Part shown: piece by piece, positions 1 to 10,496 of the stretch
Layout: every line of letters begins with the position of its first letter
How positions within the stretch are numbered: position 1 is the stretch's first letter
Assembly: GCA_016839705.1 (NCBI GenBank)
Contig: JAEOTR010000048.1
Span: 1-64,000, forward strand
From: Promethearchaeota archaeon
GTDB taxonomy: Archaea > Asgardarchaeota > Lokiarchaeia > Sigyniarchaeales > SOKP01
DNA length: 64,000 nt
Direction: 5' to 3'
The notes under the pieces: model-generated
Seen by the model: only the letters and a program-made list of their open reading frames with translations
Databases searched by the model: none
What the model was told of the DNA's origin: nothing
Position numbers and translations under genes: made by a program

Positions 1-406
1 ATATTTAGGATTTTATTTTGTTCAAAATGCGTTTATGTCAGAATTTGCATCAACTTTCCTATTACCCCTTCATCTTGGATTTCAGAGAGCCAAAGAGATT
101 ATATATTACGGTAAAAAAATCGAGGCAAAGGAGGCGTTAGAACTTGGGTTGGTAAATAAAGTGCTTCCACTTAATGAGCTTATACCTTATGCGAGAGAAC
201 AGGCATTAAAATTAATCGCTCCAAAAGCACCAAGTTTATCAATCAGATTAATGAGGAAAGCTTTGCACGATATGTTCAAGGATCAAATATACAAAATCCT
301 AGATATAGAAAATGAAGGTTATACAACATTACTTAGTAAACCAGACGTAGGTATCGCAATGTCTGCTAGACGCAACAAAACTGAACCGGTATTCAAGGGA
401 GAATAA
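1..406 (+). CDS. Enoyl-CoA hydratase/isomerase (crotonase) family protein, 5'-partial
   Basis: Frame is open from base 2 (YLGFYFVQNAFMSEFAST...). Crotonase C-terminal motifs RAKEIIYYGKKIEAKEALELGLVNKV and a terminal PVFKGE. Confidence 0.85.
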   Translation, partial: YLGFYFVQNAFMSEFASTFLLPLHLGFQRAKEIIYYGKKIEAKEALELGLVNKVLPLNELIPYAREQALKLIAPKAPSLSIRLMRKALHDMFKDQIYKILDIENEGYTTLLSKPDVGIAMSARRNKTEPVFKGE

Positions 407-496
407 AATTTCTGTTAGCTTTTTTTAATTTCCTTATATGTCTTATATTTTGAGGATAAGCCTAAATTTCATCTTTTTTAAACCTCGTTTTATAAC

Positions 497-898
497 TTAA
501 TTTTGAGTAGAGTTTGGGCTACCTATTGATCTCATAAATAAGGGAACACTAGGCCATTCTGCCATAGTGGTGCAAATTGATTTTGGGCTATGCTTATTTA
601 TTACCTCACCTAACCGATCAGCAGCTATTTCAATTGCTTCTTCCCAAGATATCTCGTTAAATCCGGTTGATATCCTTAAAAGGGGTTTTGTGAAGCGATC
701 AGGATGATATATAACACGCCAATCATTAAGCCCTTTTGGACAAGCATATCCCTTACTCTGTGGATGATCCTTATCCCCTTCCATTTTAATTATTTTATTA
801 TTTTTCACATCAACAGTAGCAACAAGTCCATCATAGGAAGGGCATGGCCACCAGGGACAAATTGTACTAATTTTTTGAATATTTTCATCGTTTATCAT
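497..898 (-). pseudogene. N-terminal fragment of a DMSO-reductase-family molybdopterin oxidoreductase
   Basis: Fe-S domain motifs EGDKDHPQSKGYACPKG, YHPDRFTKPL and ISWEEAI. Stops at 133 aa, and only about 90 bp remain before the convergent gene. Confidence 0.75.
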
Positions 899-1160
899 AA
901 TTATTACTCCTCATTCTATTTATTTAATTCTTGCATAAATTTGATTGTGATTAATGTCACTCTAATTGTGTATATGACATGCTACCCTAAGCTCTTACTA
1001 AATTTTTAATAATGTAGAGAAGTAATTTTCATGGTATATTTACTACTATAGTTGAAGTTTTACTACTACTTTTTAATTTTTACTGGTTAGTTTAGGTATG
1101 AATGTTTAAATAGTCTTGGAAACAAAGAATAATTACCTAAATTTAACGGGAAACATAATT

Positions 1161-2696
1161 ATGTCAAAAATGTATAAAAAAGGAATAATTTTTTTATCTT
1201 TTGGACTTTTACTCGCTTTTTCAGCAAGTCTTTTTGTACCTATTGCTATACACGAGGATTCTATTAATAATGGGGATTTAACTCCAAAAACAAATGCGCA
1301 ATGGTTAACTCCAAAATTGGTGGGCAAGATTGGTGATAGTTACAATCAAACACGAGGTGTTTTTGTCTCGGGTGATATTGCTTACGTAGGTGGGATGGGA
1401 GATGGATTAGAAATATATAGTGTAAGTGATCCGACCACACCTGTTTTGCTTGGGAGATATGGAGATGATTTAAATATGTCATTCCGTTTGTCTGTTATAG
1501 GGAATATTGCTTATGTACCTGATGTTAAAGATGGATTTGAAATAATCAATGTAAGTGACCCTTCCTCACCTACACTTCTAGGAAAATATGAGGAAGTTTT
1601 TATAGATTATGATGTTATTTCAAATTTCACTTATGACGTAGAAGTTTCTGGTAATATTGCATATGTAGCGGACTTATTTGATGGCTTAGAAATAATCAAC
1701 GTAAGTAATCCATCAAATCCTGTTTTACTTGGTAAATATGGTAATCCGGGTAATTTTTCAGTAGATTTAGACATCGCTGGTGATATTGTCTACTTAGCAG
1801 ATGCGAATTGGGGATTAGATATTGTCAATGTGAGTGATCCCACTAATCCTTCTTTCCTTGGGAGATATAGTGATGGTTCTAATAACATGTATGGTGTGAG
1901 TGTTTCAAACAATATTGCATATGTGGCTGATTTCGATAATGGATTAGAAATAATAAATGTAAGTGATCCAACCACTCCTGTGTTACTTAGTCGGTATGGA
2001 GATGGTATAAACGAAACAGACAATGTATTCATTTCTGGAAACATTGCTTATATAGCAGACGGAACTGATGGTCTAGAGATCGTTGATGTGGGTGACCCGA
2101 AAAACCCAATAAAACTTGGTTCTTTTAACGATGGTGGAACCGCATCTGATACGCATTTTTCTGGAAATCTTGTTTATGTAGCGGATGTAGATCAGGGTTT
2201 AGAAATTATCGATCCAGGGTATGATGCTGATGAAGACGGTCTTTCTAATTACGAAGAGGATGAAATTTATGGCACTGGTCCTAATGATGCAGACTCTGAC
2301 GATGATGGAATTGGAGATGGAGAAGAAGTAATTGCTGGTACAGATGGATATATTACAGATCCCAACGATGATGATAGCGATAATGATGGGTTGACTGATG
2401 GAGAAGAAGTAGTTACAGGTGTCGATGGATATATTACAGATCCCACCGATGATGATAGTGATGATGATGGATTGAATGATGGTAATGAAAATACTAATAG
2501 TACGGATCCAACTGATCCCGATACTGATGATGATGGATATGCAGATGGATGGGAAGTAGATAATGGACATGATCCCTTAGATCCTAACGATCCTCCTAAA
2601 CAGGGTATTCCCGGTTTTGATATCTTTATTTTATTGACAACGATTGGTGTAGGTTTCGCAATTCTACTGTATCTAAGAAGAAAAAAATTAGAGTAA
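1161..2696 (+). CDS. Cell-surface protein: signal/TM segment, LVIVD repeats, Asp-rich Ca-binding (TSP3-like) repeats, C-terminal IPGF-TM-basic sorting tail
   Basis: About 7 repeats of [31 protein letters not shown], then DxDxDGLxDGEE repeats, ending [33 protein letters not shown] at 1161 preferred over TTG at 1116. Confidence 0.85.
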   Translation: MSKMYKKGIIFLSFGLLLAFSASLFVPIAIHEDSINNGDLTPKTNAQWLTPKLVGKIGDSYNQTRGVFVSGDIAYVGGMGDGLEIYSVSDPTTPVLLGRYGDDLNMSFRLSVIGNIAYVPDVKDGFEIINVSDPSSPTLLGKYEEVFIDYDVISNFTYDVEVSGNIAYVADLFDGLEIINVSNPSNPVLLGKYGNPGNFSVDLDIAGDIVYLADANWGLDIVNVSDPTNPSFLGRYSDGSNNMYGVSVSNNIAYVADFDNGLEIINVSDPTTPVLLSRYGDGINETDNVFISGNIAYIADGTDGLEIVDVGDPKNPIKLGSFNDGGTASDTHFSGNLVYVADVDQGLEIIDPGYDADEDGLSNYEEDEIYGTGPNDADSDDDGIGDGEEVIAGTDGYITDPNDDDSDNDGLTDGEEVVTGVDGYITDPTDDDSDDDGLNDGNENTNSTDPTDPDTDDDGYADGWEVDNGHDPLDPNDPPKQGIPGFDIFILLTTIGVGFAILLYLRRKKLE

Positions 2697-2719
2697 AGTA
2701 ATAATAAATAAATTTTTTT

Positions 2720-3688
2720 TTATTTTTTAAGGTTAACAAGTATAATTCCTAGAATTACCATTAATAAGGAAAGTGGATATATTAAAACATCAAATTGTTC
2801 TAATAAGAATATAGCAGAAAGGATCACCCCAAATAAAGGCACTAATGTTTGGAAAATAGCCGCCCGACTGGCACTTAAACGTTTAACACCCTCTAAATAG
2901 AATGTATATGCTCCTATCGTAGAAATAAATGCTAAGTATGAAATTCCAATCCATATTCGAGGTGGAACAGTTAGATAAACGATTGGATTAAGATATTCTG
3001 GATTAATAATTAAAGCAAGAGGTGTTGTTGTTAAAAATCCAAAAAAAGAAACCCAAGTTATAATCCATAGTGATGATGGTTGATAGGATTCGGGATTTTT
3101 CTGAGATTTATTAAGAAAAAATCTCGAGATTACTGTATACACAGCATATGCAAATGCGGCTAATAATATTAATATATCTCCAAGAATCCGATTTAAGACA
3201 TTTACATTTGGGGAAAAACCAACAACAATGATGACTGCCATGAATGCTAAAATTGTACCAATTCCTTTCTTCCACGAAAAAGACTCTGTCTTCAAGAATA
3301 TACTGGAAAGGATCACAACCCAGACTGCATTTGTAGCAACCATTATACTGGCATCGCTTGCTGAAGTGAAGATTTCACCTAGGAGATAACCTACTTGATA
3401 TATCGTTACAGATAATAAACCCATTAAAACCAGAATTTTCCAATTTTTCTTTGCAAATCGCCAATTGAGGGTTCCTTCTTTAAATTTTAGGATGGGGAAA
3501 AAGCATATTAATGCGAGAAAATATCTTATAACAGCAATCATAAGTGTTGGAATCGTTGCTCCCCCAACCTCTTCAGATACTAACCATCGACCTAATGGCC
3601 AGGTGCCTCCCCAGATAACCATTGTTATGATTAATAATAGATAAGCGATAATTTCCTGTTTTCTTTTTGGAGAAGAGGTTGCTCTCAA
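2720..3688 (-). CDS. DMT/EamA family transporter
   Basis: About 10 TM segments; IWGGTW start, EamA duplication, GVKRLSASRAAIF...PLFGVILSAIFLLE. Confidence 0.9.
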   Translation of the reverse strand: MRATSSPKRKQEIIAYLLLIITMVIWGGTWPLGRWLVSEEVGGATIPTLMIAVIRYFLALICFFPILKFKEGTLNWRFAKKNWKILVLMGLLSVTIYQVGYLLGEIFTSASDASIMVATNAVWVVILSSIFLKTESFSWKKGIGTILAFMAVIIVVGFSPNVNVLNRILGDILILLAAFAYAVYTVISRFFLNKSQKNPESYQPSSLWIITWVSFFGFLTTTPLALIINPEYLNPIVYLTVPPRIWIGISYLAFISTIGAYTFYLEGVKRLSASRAAIFQTLVPLFGVILSAIFLLEQFDVLIYPLSLLMVILGIILVNLKK

Positions 3689-3934
3689 TATCAGTTAACC
3701 TTGATAAATTTCATCTTATTATATTATGATTTGAACTATTTACAGAATAAAATGTATAATAAAATATGTTAATTAAATTATTCTCCTAAATCTGTAGATA
3801 TGTTTAGTTAAGAAAATCCAAACGATTATAGAAAACAACAAACCAGAGACATATTTTGTTAACCTATTTAAACATCAAAGTTTATAAAATTAACAAACGA
3901 TCTTAAAACTAAGAGTACATACTTCTTTATTGAT

Positions 3935-4936
3935 TTGAAACGTTTACAATTAACAAGAAAAAAAGGTTATATTCTTGGCTTCGCCATAATTCTCATTCTT
4001 GGAGTCGGACTAATTATTGGAATTAATTTCTTGTTTTCTGACAGTCCGGGTGATAGTAATTATCCAGATTTCATAACCAAAAATGAGGATTATTTCGTAA
4101 CAAGGATTGGAACTGTTCCTACGATCGATTCGAATACCTACAGACTTAAAGTATGGGGTCAAATAGATAATCCTAAAAATTTTACTCTTTCTGAACTTCA
4201 AGCCTTAAATTTATCCGAACGAACGCTAACCACGGAATGCATTGGCAATCGGCCCAAAGGTCCCCTTTTATCTACAACCGTATGGCGTGGATTCTTAATA
4301 TATGAATTATTAGAATCTCTTGGATTAAAGGGGAATGCTACCGGTGTAAGGTATAAGGCTGCAGATGGGTATTATGCCTCGCATACACTTGATCAGATAA
4401 AAGACAATGGAACTCTTGGAGCCCTTTATATGAATGGGAGATCGTTACCTCCTGTCCAAGGTTTCCCTCTCCGAGTTGTAAGTCCCGGATCATTTGGAGC
4501 AAAACAACCGGCATGGGTAACTGAAATTGAGGTTATAGACAGACCACTTGAAGATTTTTGGGATGATAGGGGCTGGGACACCTCCCCACCCATGGATGTT
4601 GATTCTACAATATTTTTTCCTAATGATCATGTTGAAATTAACATTGGGATTCCGCTTGAAATAGGTGGAGCCGGGTTCGGGGGTACCAGAATCTCTAAAA
4701 TTGAGTTTACGATTAATGAAGGTTTAAATTGGGATCAAGTAAATATTACTGAATCTATTGACGCCGATCATGTATGGGTATTTTGGAAAGTGACCATCAC
4801 CTTCAATACTTCAGGTGAATTCAATTTTTATTCTAAAGCAACTGATATCTACAATAATACTCAACCAATGAATGATCCAGTTACAAACGATGGCTCAAAT
4901 AGTTGGCCAAAGCTAATCATTAATGTAATTAATTAG
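3935..4936 (+). CDS. Membrane-anchored sulfite-oxidase-family molybdopterin oxidoreductase
   Basis: N-terminal TM; TECIGN (Moco Cys), AADGY, MNGRSLPPVQGFPLRVVSPG...AKQPAWVTEI; C-terminal Ig-like dimerisation domain. Confidence 0.88.
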   Translation: MKRLQLTRKKGYILGFAIILILGVGLIIGINFLFSDSPGDSNYPDFITKNEDYFVTRIGTVPTIDSNTYRLKVWGQIDNPKNFTLSELQALNLSERTLTTECIGNRPKGPLLSTTVWRGFLIYELLESLGLKGNATGVRYKAADGYYASHTLDQIKDNGTLGALYMNGRSLPPVQGFPLRVVSPGSFGAKQPAWVTEIEVIDRPLEDFWDDRGWDTSPPMDVDSTIFFPNDHVEINIGIPLEIGGAGFGGTRISKIEFTINEGLNWDQVNITESIDADHVWVFWKVTITFNTSGEFNFYSKATDIYNNTQPMNDPVTNDGSNSWPKLIINVIN

Positions 4937-4955
4937 ATTTATTAGGTAAATTCAA

Positions 4956-5768
4956 TTATGACTTAATTTTAACAACTTTGGTCGTTCCTTGATAATAGAA
5001 TAGAAGGACGAATAAATTGGTTGCTAGGTGGAATATCCATGCGGATAATAAACCCAATTCAATTAAAGCAACAAAATAAATCATAGAAGATATTACCAAT
5101 GATAATGTATAACCAGAATCATTAGATGACGAATAATGAACTAAAGCAAATAAGAACGAGGCAACCATTATCCCGAAAAATAGGTTAAAATTAAAATAAT
5201 AGACCAAAAAACTCAAGGAGAGGCCTCTATAAATTACTTCTTCGATGAATGCGCTTAATGGGAAGAGAACTAACAAATATATCTTTTTTTTTTTATTGAG
5301 ATCATTCGTAAAATATTGGAAAAAGGCATCTCCCCTCCCTCTTTTTAAAATTTCTGGATTTAGTTTAACGTAAATATATATAATTATAATTTTTATAAAG
5401 ACAATTAAGGAGAGAAAAAAAAATAAAGTAAAATTAACACTATGTTTTAAACCAATTAAATTGTAAAAGGAGAATAAAATTGGTTGGGTATTTGGAGCTA
5501 AATAAAAGACTACATCCATTAGAAAGAAAAATAACACCGCAATTAATATTCCTAAAATTGCTAGATTACTTGTTTCAAGACCAGCTTTATAAATAGATAC
5601 AATTAAACTTATTCCAATGGTAATTATTGAGATACAAATAATTATTAAATTAAATACCATATCGATTGTTGAATAGATAACCCAATAAAAAATGATCAAA
5701 AGAATTGTTAAATTAGTTATGATTATACTTTTGATTGTAGACTGAATTCGATTGTCGGTACTTTGCAT
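4956..5768 (-). CDS. CPBP family (Rce1/Abi-like) intramembrane glutamic protease
   Basis: EEVIYRG, FALVH and HLATN motifs in a multi-TM protein. Confidence 0.85.
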   Translation of the reverse strand: MQSTDNRIQSTIKSIIITNLTILLIIFYWVIYSTIDMVFNLIIICISIITIGISLIVSIYKAGLETSNLAILGILIAVLFFFLMDVVFYLAPNTQPILFSFYNLIGLKHSVNFTLFFFLSLIVFIKIIIIYIYVKLNPEILKRGRGDAFFQYFTNDLNKKKKIYLLVLFPLSAFIEEVIYRGLSLSFLVYYFNFNLFFGIMVASFLFALVHYSSSNDSGYTLSLVISSMIYFVALIELGLLSAWIFHLATNLFVLLFYYQGTTKVVKIKS

Positions 5769-5899
5769 CTATACAGTACTATTTTGTAGTATTTGGAAAA
5801 AATAAACATCATTCAAAAATCTTAGCGAAACTATTAATTTCTGTTTTGATTTGCAATCATGATAAAATAGACTTTAATAGATCATTACCAACGTATTGC

Positions 5900-6352
5900 A
5901 TGAAAATTCCAGAGAGAATAGAGACAAATAGGTTAGTTTTAAGACCTTATTCTGAGGAGGATGTCAATGAGTTTTTGGATTCCTATAAAACTGCAAATCC
6001 TGGATTTAGTTTGGTAATTTCTAATAAAATAAAAGAAACTTATTTGGGAACTTGTGGGTTAAATCCAATTAAAGGCAGTAGGAGTGTAAGTTGCATTTAC
6101 GCTCTCTTACCAGAATTCAGAAGTAATGGATATGCAATCGAGGCCATGCTAAAACTAATAGAGTATGCTTTTTTAAAGTTAAAAATCCCGAAAATTATTG
6201 CATATATACAACCAGACAATACACGTGGTTGGAAAGTAGCAGAGAGAATAGGAATGAAATATATGGGGCATCTACAACATAATCATTTCACCCAAAAAAC
6301 CATGTTATTCACCATAAAAAAGGAAGAATACATAATGCAACGTTCATACTAA
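5900..6352 (+). CDS. GNAT N-acetyltransferase, RimJ/RimL-like
   Basis: IETNRLVLRP, FRSNGYAIEA, PDNTRGWKVAERIGM. ATG at 5900 is the likely start. Confidence 0.85.
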   Translation: MKIPERIETNRLVLRPYSEEDVNEFLDSYKTANPGFSLVISNKIKETYLGTCGLNPIKGSRSVSCIYALLPEFRSNGYAIEAMLKLIEYAFLKLKIPKIIAYIQPDNTRGWKVAERIGMKYMGHLQHNHFTQKTMLFTIKKEEYIMQRSY

Positions 6353-6356
6353 ATTT

Positions 6357-6575
6357 TCATAGAAAAGCCTCTTTTATGAATCTATTTTTTTTTTCTTGAG
6401 GTGGAGAGGTATTTTGAACTAGCAATATCTCTTGATTTTTCACTGAACCATTTATCTTAAGATAAGTCTCCCCATCGTTAAAATATTTAAATTTAAGATC
6501 TAATAATGGAATCCCATGAATGGAGGCTAAATTGACTCTTAATTCTGTTGATGAAGTGCCTGGTAATATTTTCAT
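6357..6575 (-). pseudogene. prs: N-terminal fragment of ribose-phosphate pyrophosphokinase
   Basis: GTSSTEL...FNDGETYLKINGSVKNQEILLVQ...PPQ matches the PRPP synthase N-terminus. Ends at 72 aa against a convergent gene. Confidence 0.75.
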
Positions 6576-6596
6576 CTTTTATTGTCATCCGTTTTA

Positions 6597-7169
6597 TCAA
6601 GGATATCCTATTGGAATAATATATAGAGGGACAAGATTAGTAGGGAGTCTCATCACTTTTTTTACTCCATCGTCTTGAAAAGCACCAATAGGTACAGAGA
6701 CTAAATCTAAAGCAATTGCTTCCAAATGGATATTTTGAGCACAGTGCCCTACTTCCATATACACATATCTTATCCCTCTTTCCCCGTATCTTTGGGTTGT
6801 CCTTGAGTAGTTCGCACAAATTAATATATTTAGATATGCTTCCTCAATAAATTTTTGATCCCAAGACTCTTTAGCTAATTTCTTACCTATATTTTCTTCA
6901 GTGATTAGTTTTAAAATATGTTTTTTGAAATCATAATGAAAATATCCTTTATCCTTTAGTGTAACATAAATCTCTAAAGGATATGTAGCACCAGCTGAAG
7001 GTACCATCCTTTTGTGACCTTTTTTCCCTTGAGCCGCCCACAAAATCTGGGAAATTTTTTCAATCTCAATTGCTTTATCTTGATACCTTCTAACACTTTC
7101 ACGTTCATAAATACATTCTTCAAGACTTTTCCTTCCTTCTAATATAGGTTTTGGGAGCTTTAATTCCAT
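6597..7169 (-). CDS. SagB/ThcOx-family nitroreductase-like protein
   Basis: SLEECIYERESVR, PSAGATYPLEIY, RYGERGIRYVYMEVGHCAQNIHL, IGAFQD. Confidence 0.9.
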   Translation of the reverse strand: MELKLPKPILEGRKSLEECIYERESVRRYQDKAIEIEKISQILWAAQGKKGHKRMVPSAGATYPLEIYVTLKDKGYFHYDFKKHILKLITEENIGKKLAKESWDQKFIEEAYLNILICANYSRTTQRYGERGIRYVYMEVGHCAQNIHLEAIALDLVSVPIGAFQDDGVKKVMRLPTNLVPLYIIPIGYP

Positions 7170-7261
7170 TTTAGCACCTATTTTCTTGAATAATACTATC
7201 AATTAATATTTATTTCCTTAGTAATAAGAAGTTTTATTTTGTTCAAAAGAAATGATATCAT

Positions 7262-7618
7262 ATGGCATCAAAACCTAATATAAAAGATTTATTTAATGAA
7301 TGGAACGAATTAAATCTTAAAGCTCAAGAATCTCTCGGTCAATTTGATTTTAAAAACATCAAAGAAATAAGAGCAAAACAAAAAATTGCTGAAGATTCTA
7401 TTTATGAAATTCTTAAAGAAAATGCAGGAGAAGATATAATCAAACTATTGCAAGATGATTGCGGTGAAATGGAAGTAGGCTACGAAATGGAAGAAAATCG
7501 ATTCTATTTTGTTATGTTTGACCCAAAATATGAAGAGGAAGAGGAACCTAAATTTCTTGCAATAACCATTGATCTTAATAAAACTGTAAAACTAATTGAG
7601 GATTTTAAGATGGAATAG
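7262..7618 (+). CDS. Hypothetical acidic protein
   Basis: 118-aa ORF with ATG and host-like composition; no motif recognised. Confidence 0.65.
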   Translation: MASKPNIKDLFNEWNELNLKAQESLGQFDFKNIKEIRAKQKIAEDSIYEILKENAGEDIIKLLQDDCGEMEVGYEMEENRFYFVMFDPKYEEEEEPKFLAITIDLNKTVKLIEDFKME

Positions 7619-7765
7619 CAATATGCCAATAATTAAAATTTTTATACAAATTCTTTTTTACACTTATAAAATCCTTAAATCAGAGAATCTAAAATGTAAA
7701 GAGATATATATTAAGTTTTAAAATATTCAAATAATGCGACAAATATTATATAAAATTGATATAAA

Positions 7766-8512
7766 ATGTATAAACTAGTTCTTTTAAGGCATGGGGAAAG
7801 TATATGGAATAAGGAAAATAGATTCACCGGTTGGACTGATGTTGATCTTTCAGAGAAAGGTGTTCAGGAGGCAGAAGATGGAGCTAAGCAATTAAAAAAA
7901 GAAGGATTTACATTCGAAATTGCTTTCACGTCGGTTCTAAAAAGAGGGATAAGAACATTATGGATTGTATTAGATGAGATGGATTTAATGTGGATACCCG
8001 TACATCGTTCTTGGAGATTAAATGAAAGACATTATGGCGCTCTTCAAGGTTTATTTAAGGCAAAATTAGCTTCAGAAGTGGGAGAGGAACAAGTGCTTAT
8101 ATGGAGAAGAAGCTATGATATCCCTCCCCCTGCACTGAAAACAAGCGATCCAAGATATCCTGGTAATGATAATAGATATAAAGGTTTAACCGCAGATGAA
8201 ACTCCTCTTTCAGAATGTCTGAAAGACACTGTTGAAAGAGTATTACCTTATTGGCATGAAACTATTGTCCCTACTATAAAATCTGGAAAAAAAGTGCTCA
8301 TCTCTGCTCATGGGAATAGTTTACGTGCTCTTGTGAAATATCTTGACAATGTCCCTGAAGAAGAAATAATCAAATTAAACATCCCAACAGGAATACCGCT
8401 TATCTACGAGTTAGATGATGACATGAAACCACTTAATCATTATTACCTTGCCGATAGTGAAAAAGTGGAGGAGGCTATTAAAGCTGTGGCCGATCAAGGA
8501 AAAATAAAATAA
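7766..8512 (+). CDS. gpmA: 2,3-bisphosphoglycerate-dependent phosphoglycerate mutase
   Basis: [49 protein letters not shown]. Confidence 0.97.
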   Translation: MYKLVLLRHGESIWNKENRFTGWTDVDLSEKGVQEAEDGAKQLKKEGFTFEIAFTSVLKRGIRTLWIVLDEMDLMWIPVHRSWRLNERHYGALQGLFKAKLASEVGEEQVLIWRRSYDIPPPALKTSDPRYPGNDNRYKGLTADETPLSECLKDTVERVLPYWHETIVPTIKSGKKVLISAHGNSLRALVKYLDNVPEEEIIKLNIPTGIPLIYELDDDMKPLNHYYLADSEKVEEAIKAVADQGKIK

Positions 8513-8614
8513 AGCTAATAAACTTCCTTATTACCTTAATGTTAGTGTATTTCAAAAAGAAAAGAACAATCCAAATTTAAACGAAAAAAAAAAAGATTTG
8601 AAAAATAAAGATTA

Positions 8615-8920
8615 CTACCATTTCATTCCTATCATTTCAAAGGAATCTTGAACTCCAATAAGTCCTTCTCCCTTCATAAAAACATTTTCGATTTGACTAA
8701 CGGGTAAAAAATATTTGTTAATTTCAATCTGTGCTTCTTCTAATTTTCCTCTTTCAGTATAAATTAGATGATATTGTTTCATACCATTTCTCCCATCTGG
8801 TGTATTAAAAACTCGCCATTTTGTCACATATGGGATTTCTCTAGGTTGCTGTAAATATAGTTTCGCAATATCTACTGATTTATGGGGAGGATACCATATA
8901 GTTATCATTAAAATTCCCAT
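8615..8920 (-). CDS. Hypothetical protein
   Basis: 101-aa ORF with GAGGTG upstream on the minus strand (RBS-like). Confidence 0.7.
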   Translation of the reverse strand: MGILMITIWYPPHKSVDIAKLYLQQPREIPYVTKWRVFNTPDGRNGMKQYHLIYTERGKLEEAQIEINKYFLPVSQIENVFMKGEGLIGVQDSFEMIGMKW

Positions 8921-9062
8921 GTTGATTTACACCTCTTATATTTATTTAAAATGGATTTAAAGGTAAGTTAATCCTTTAGTCAATTCTATTTAAAATTTTA
9001 CTTTTTTATCAAAAAAATCTCAGAAAATAATAAAAACAACAAAGATAATTTTTTAAGTCTGA

Positions 9063-9869
9063 ATGGTAAGGTTTTATACTATGGTAAAAAAATTATTAAT
9101 CGACAATCCTGTAGTTTCTAGAATTGTTTTTTATCCACGAAAAATTCCAGTCCCTGAAGAAACAGAACCAAATATTAAAGTTTTGAAGTTTCAAATTAAT
9201 AAAAACATCCTCATTGGAGGTTTATTCTATTTAAATAATCCAAATTATCCCACAATTCTATTATTCCATGGAAATGGAGAAATTGCCACCGATTATCAAT
9301 ATTTTATAGATTTTTTCTTTAAATGTGGCGTAAATTTAGCCGTTGTGGATTTTCGTGGATATGGATTTAGTTCAGGTGAACCCTATTACACAAGTTTAAT
9401 TATAGATGCCCTTCCTACATATAATGAATTTACTAAATGGATGAATCAGAATAGTATTAGTGATTCTGTATTTATTCTGGGGCGCTCACTGGGAAGTATC
9501 TGCGTATCTGAAATTGGTTCACACAATCCTGAGAGTTTACGTGGAATAATCTTTGAAAGTGGGTTTGCAAGTATATACGATTTGATGTCAAGGTTATTTA
9601 GAGTAACAGGTTCTCAAATAACGCCAGAATTATTAAGCGAATATTCTAACGATACAAGGATAAGAAAATTCAAAAAACCTACTTTAGTTATTCACGGAAC
9701 TAATGATTTCATTATTCCCTATCATCAAGGAGAATTAATATTTGAAAATATACCTGAGGAAGTTGAGAAGAAACTAGTCTTAATCGAAGGTGCAGGTCAT
9801 AATAATATATTCTCTTTCGAAGAAGAATATACAACTCCGCTGAAAGATTTCATTAATCTATATAAATAG
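9063..9869 (+). CDS. Alpha/beta hydrolase (ABHD13/ABHD17-like)
   Basis: LLFHGNGE, DFRGYGFSSG, GRSLG nucleophile, VIHGTNDFII, GAGHNN. Confidence 0.9.
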   Translation: MVRFYTMVKKLLIDNPVVSRIVFYPRKIPVPEETEPNIKVLKFQINKNILIGGLFYLNNPNYPTILLFHGNGEIATDYQYFIDFFFKCGVNLAVVDFRGYGFSSGEPYYTSLIIDALPTYNEFTKWMNQNSISDSVFILGRSLGSICVSEIGSHNPESLRGIIFESGFASIYDLMSRLFRVTGSQITPELLSEYSNDTRIRKFKKPTLVIHGTNDFIIPYHQGELIFENIPEEVEKKLVLIEGAGHNNIFSFEEEYTTPLKDFINLYK

Positions 9870-9982
9870 AAAGAGTTCTTTTCCCAAGTTCAATTTTCTT
9901 TTTGAATTTTATAAATGAAAAGCGAACTGTGTAAAAGGTCAAAGAACCTATTAATAAAATATCTATAAGATACAAATAAAAA

Positions 9983-10378
9983 GTGCGAATAGTAATGGGA
10001 AAAGAACTTTTAAAAGGTCTTGAAATTGTACTTCTTGTACATTTTATTGTTGGACTCATCTTGGGGATTATATTTTTATTTATTCCAGAAACTTATTGTA
10101 CTTTAGTCGGAGTGACTATGACAGATCACGGGGTATTAAGGTTAATAGGTGCTGCGTCTCTTGCTTTAGGAGGTAGTTCATTCCTTGCATACAGAAGTAA
10201 GGATTGGGAGAAGGCAAAACTTTTAGTTCAAATGGATTTTATCTGGTTAGCATCCGCTATCTTAGGATTGATTTGGTGGTTAATAGAATCTGGACCCGTT
10301 GCGGCTTGGTGGGTATTTGGGATGTTTATAGCATTTTTAATTGCGTTTGTTTATTTCTATATTCTCCAAGAAAAATGA
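9983..10378 (+). CDS. Four-TM membrane protein
   Basis: Four hydrophobic segments; the start may be the ATG at 9996. Confidence 0.7.
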   Translation: MRIVMGKELLKGLEIVLLVHFIVGLILGIIFLFIPETYCTLVGVTMTDHGVLRLIGAASLALGGSSFLAYRSKDWEKAKLLVQMDFIWLASAILGLIWWLIESGPVAAWWVFGMFIAFLIAFVYFYILQEK

Positions 10379-10496
10379 TTTGAAGAAAAATTCAAAACTC
10401 TTTACAAATTTTTTCTTATTTTTAATTAAAAATTGGACTCGAATAATCTCTTTTATAACTTCTTATAAGAGATAATTAAGAGTTTAAAATTAAAAA

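Noticed and set aside
2199-2570. Ile-rich minus-strand ORF
   Set aside because: Antisense of GAT (Asp) repeats in the surface protein.
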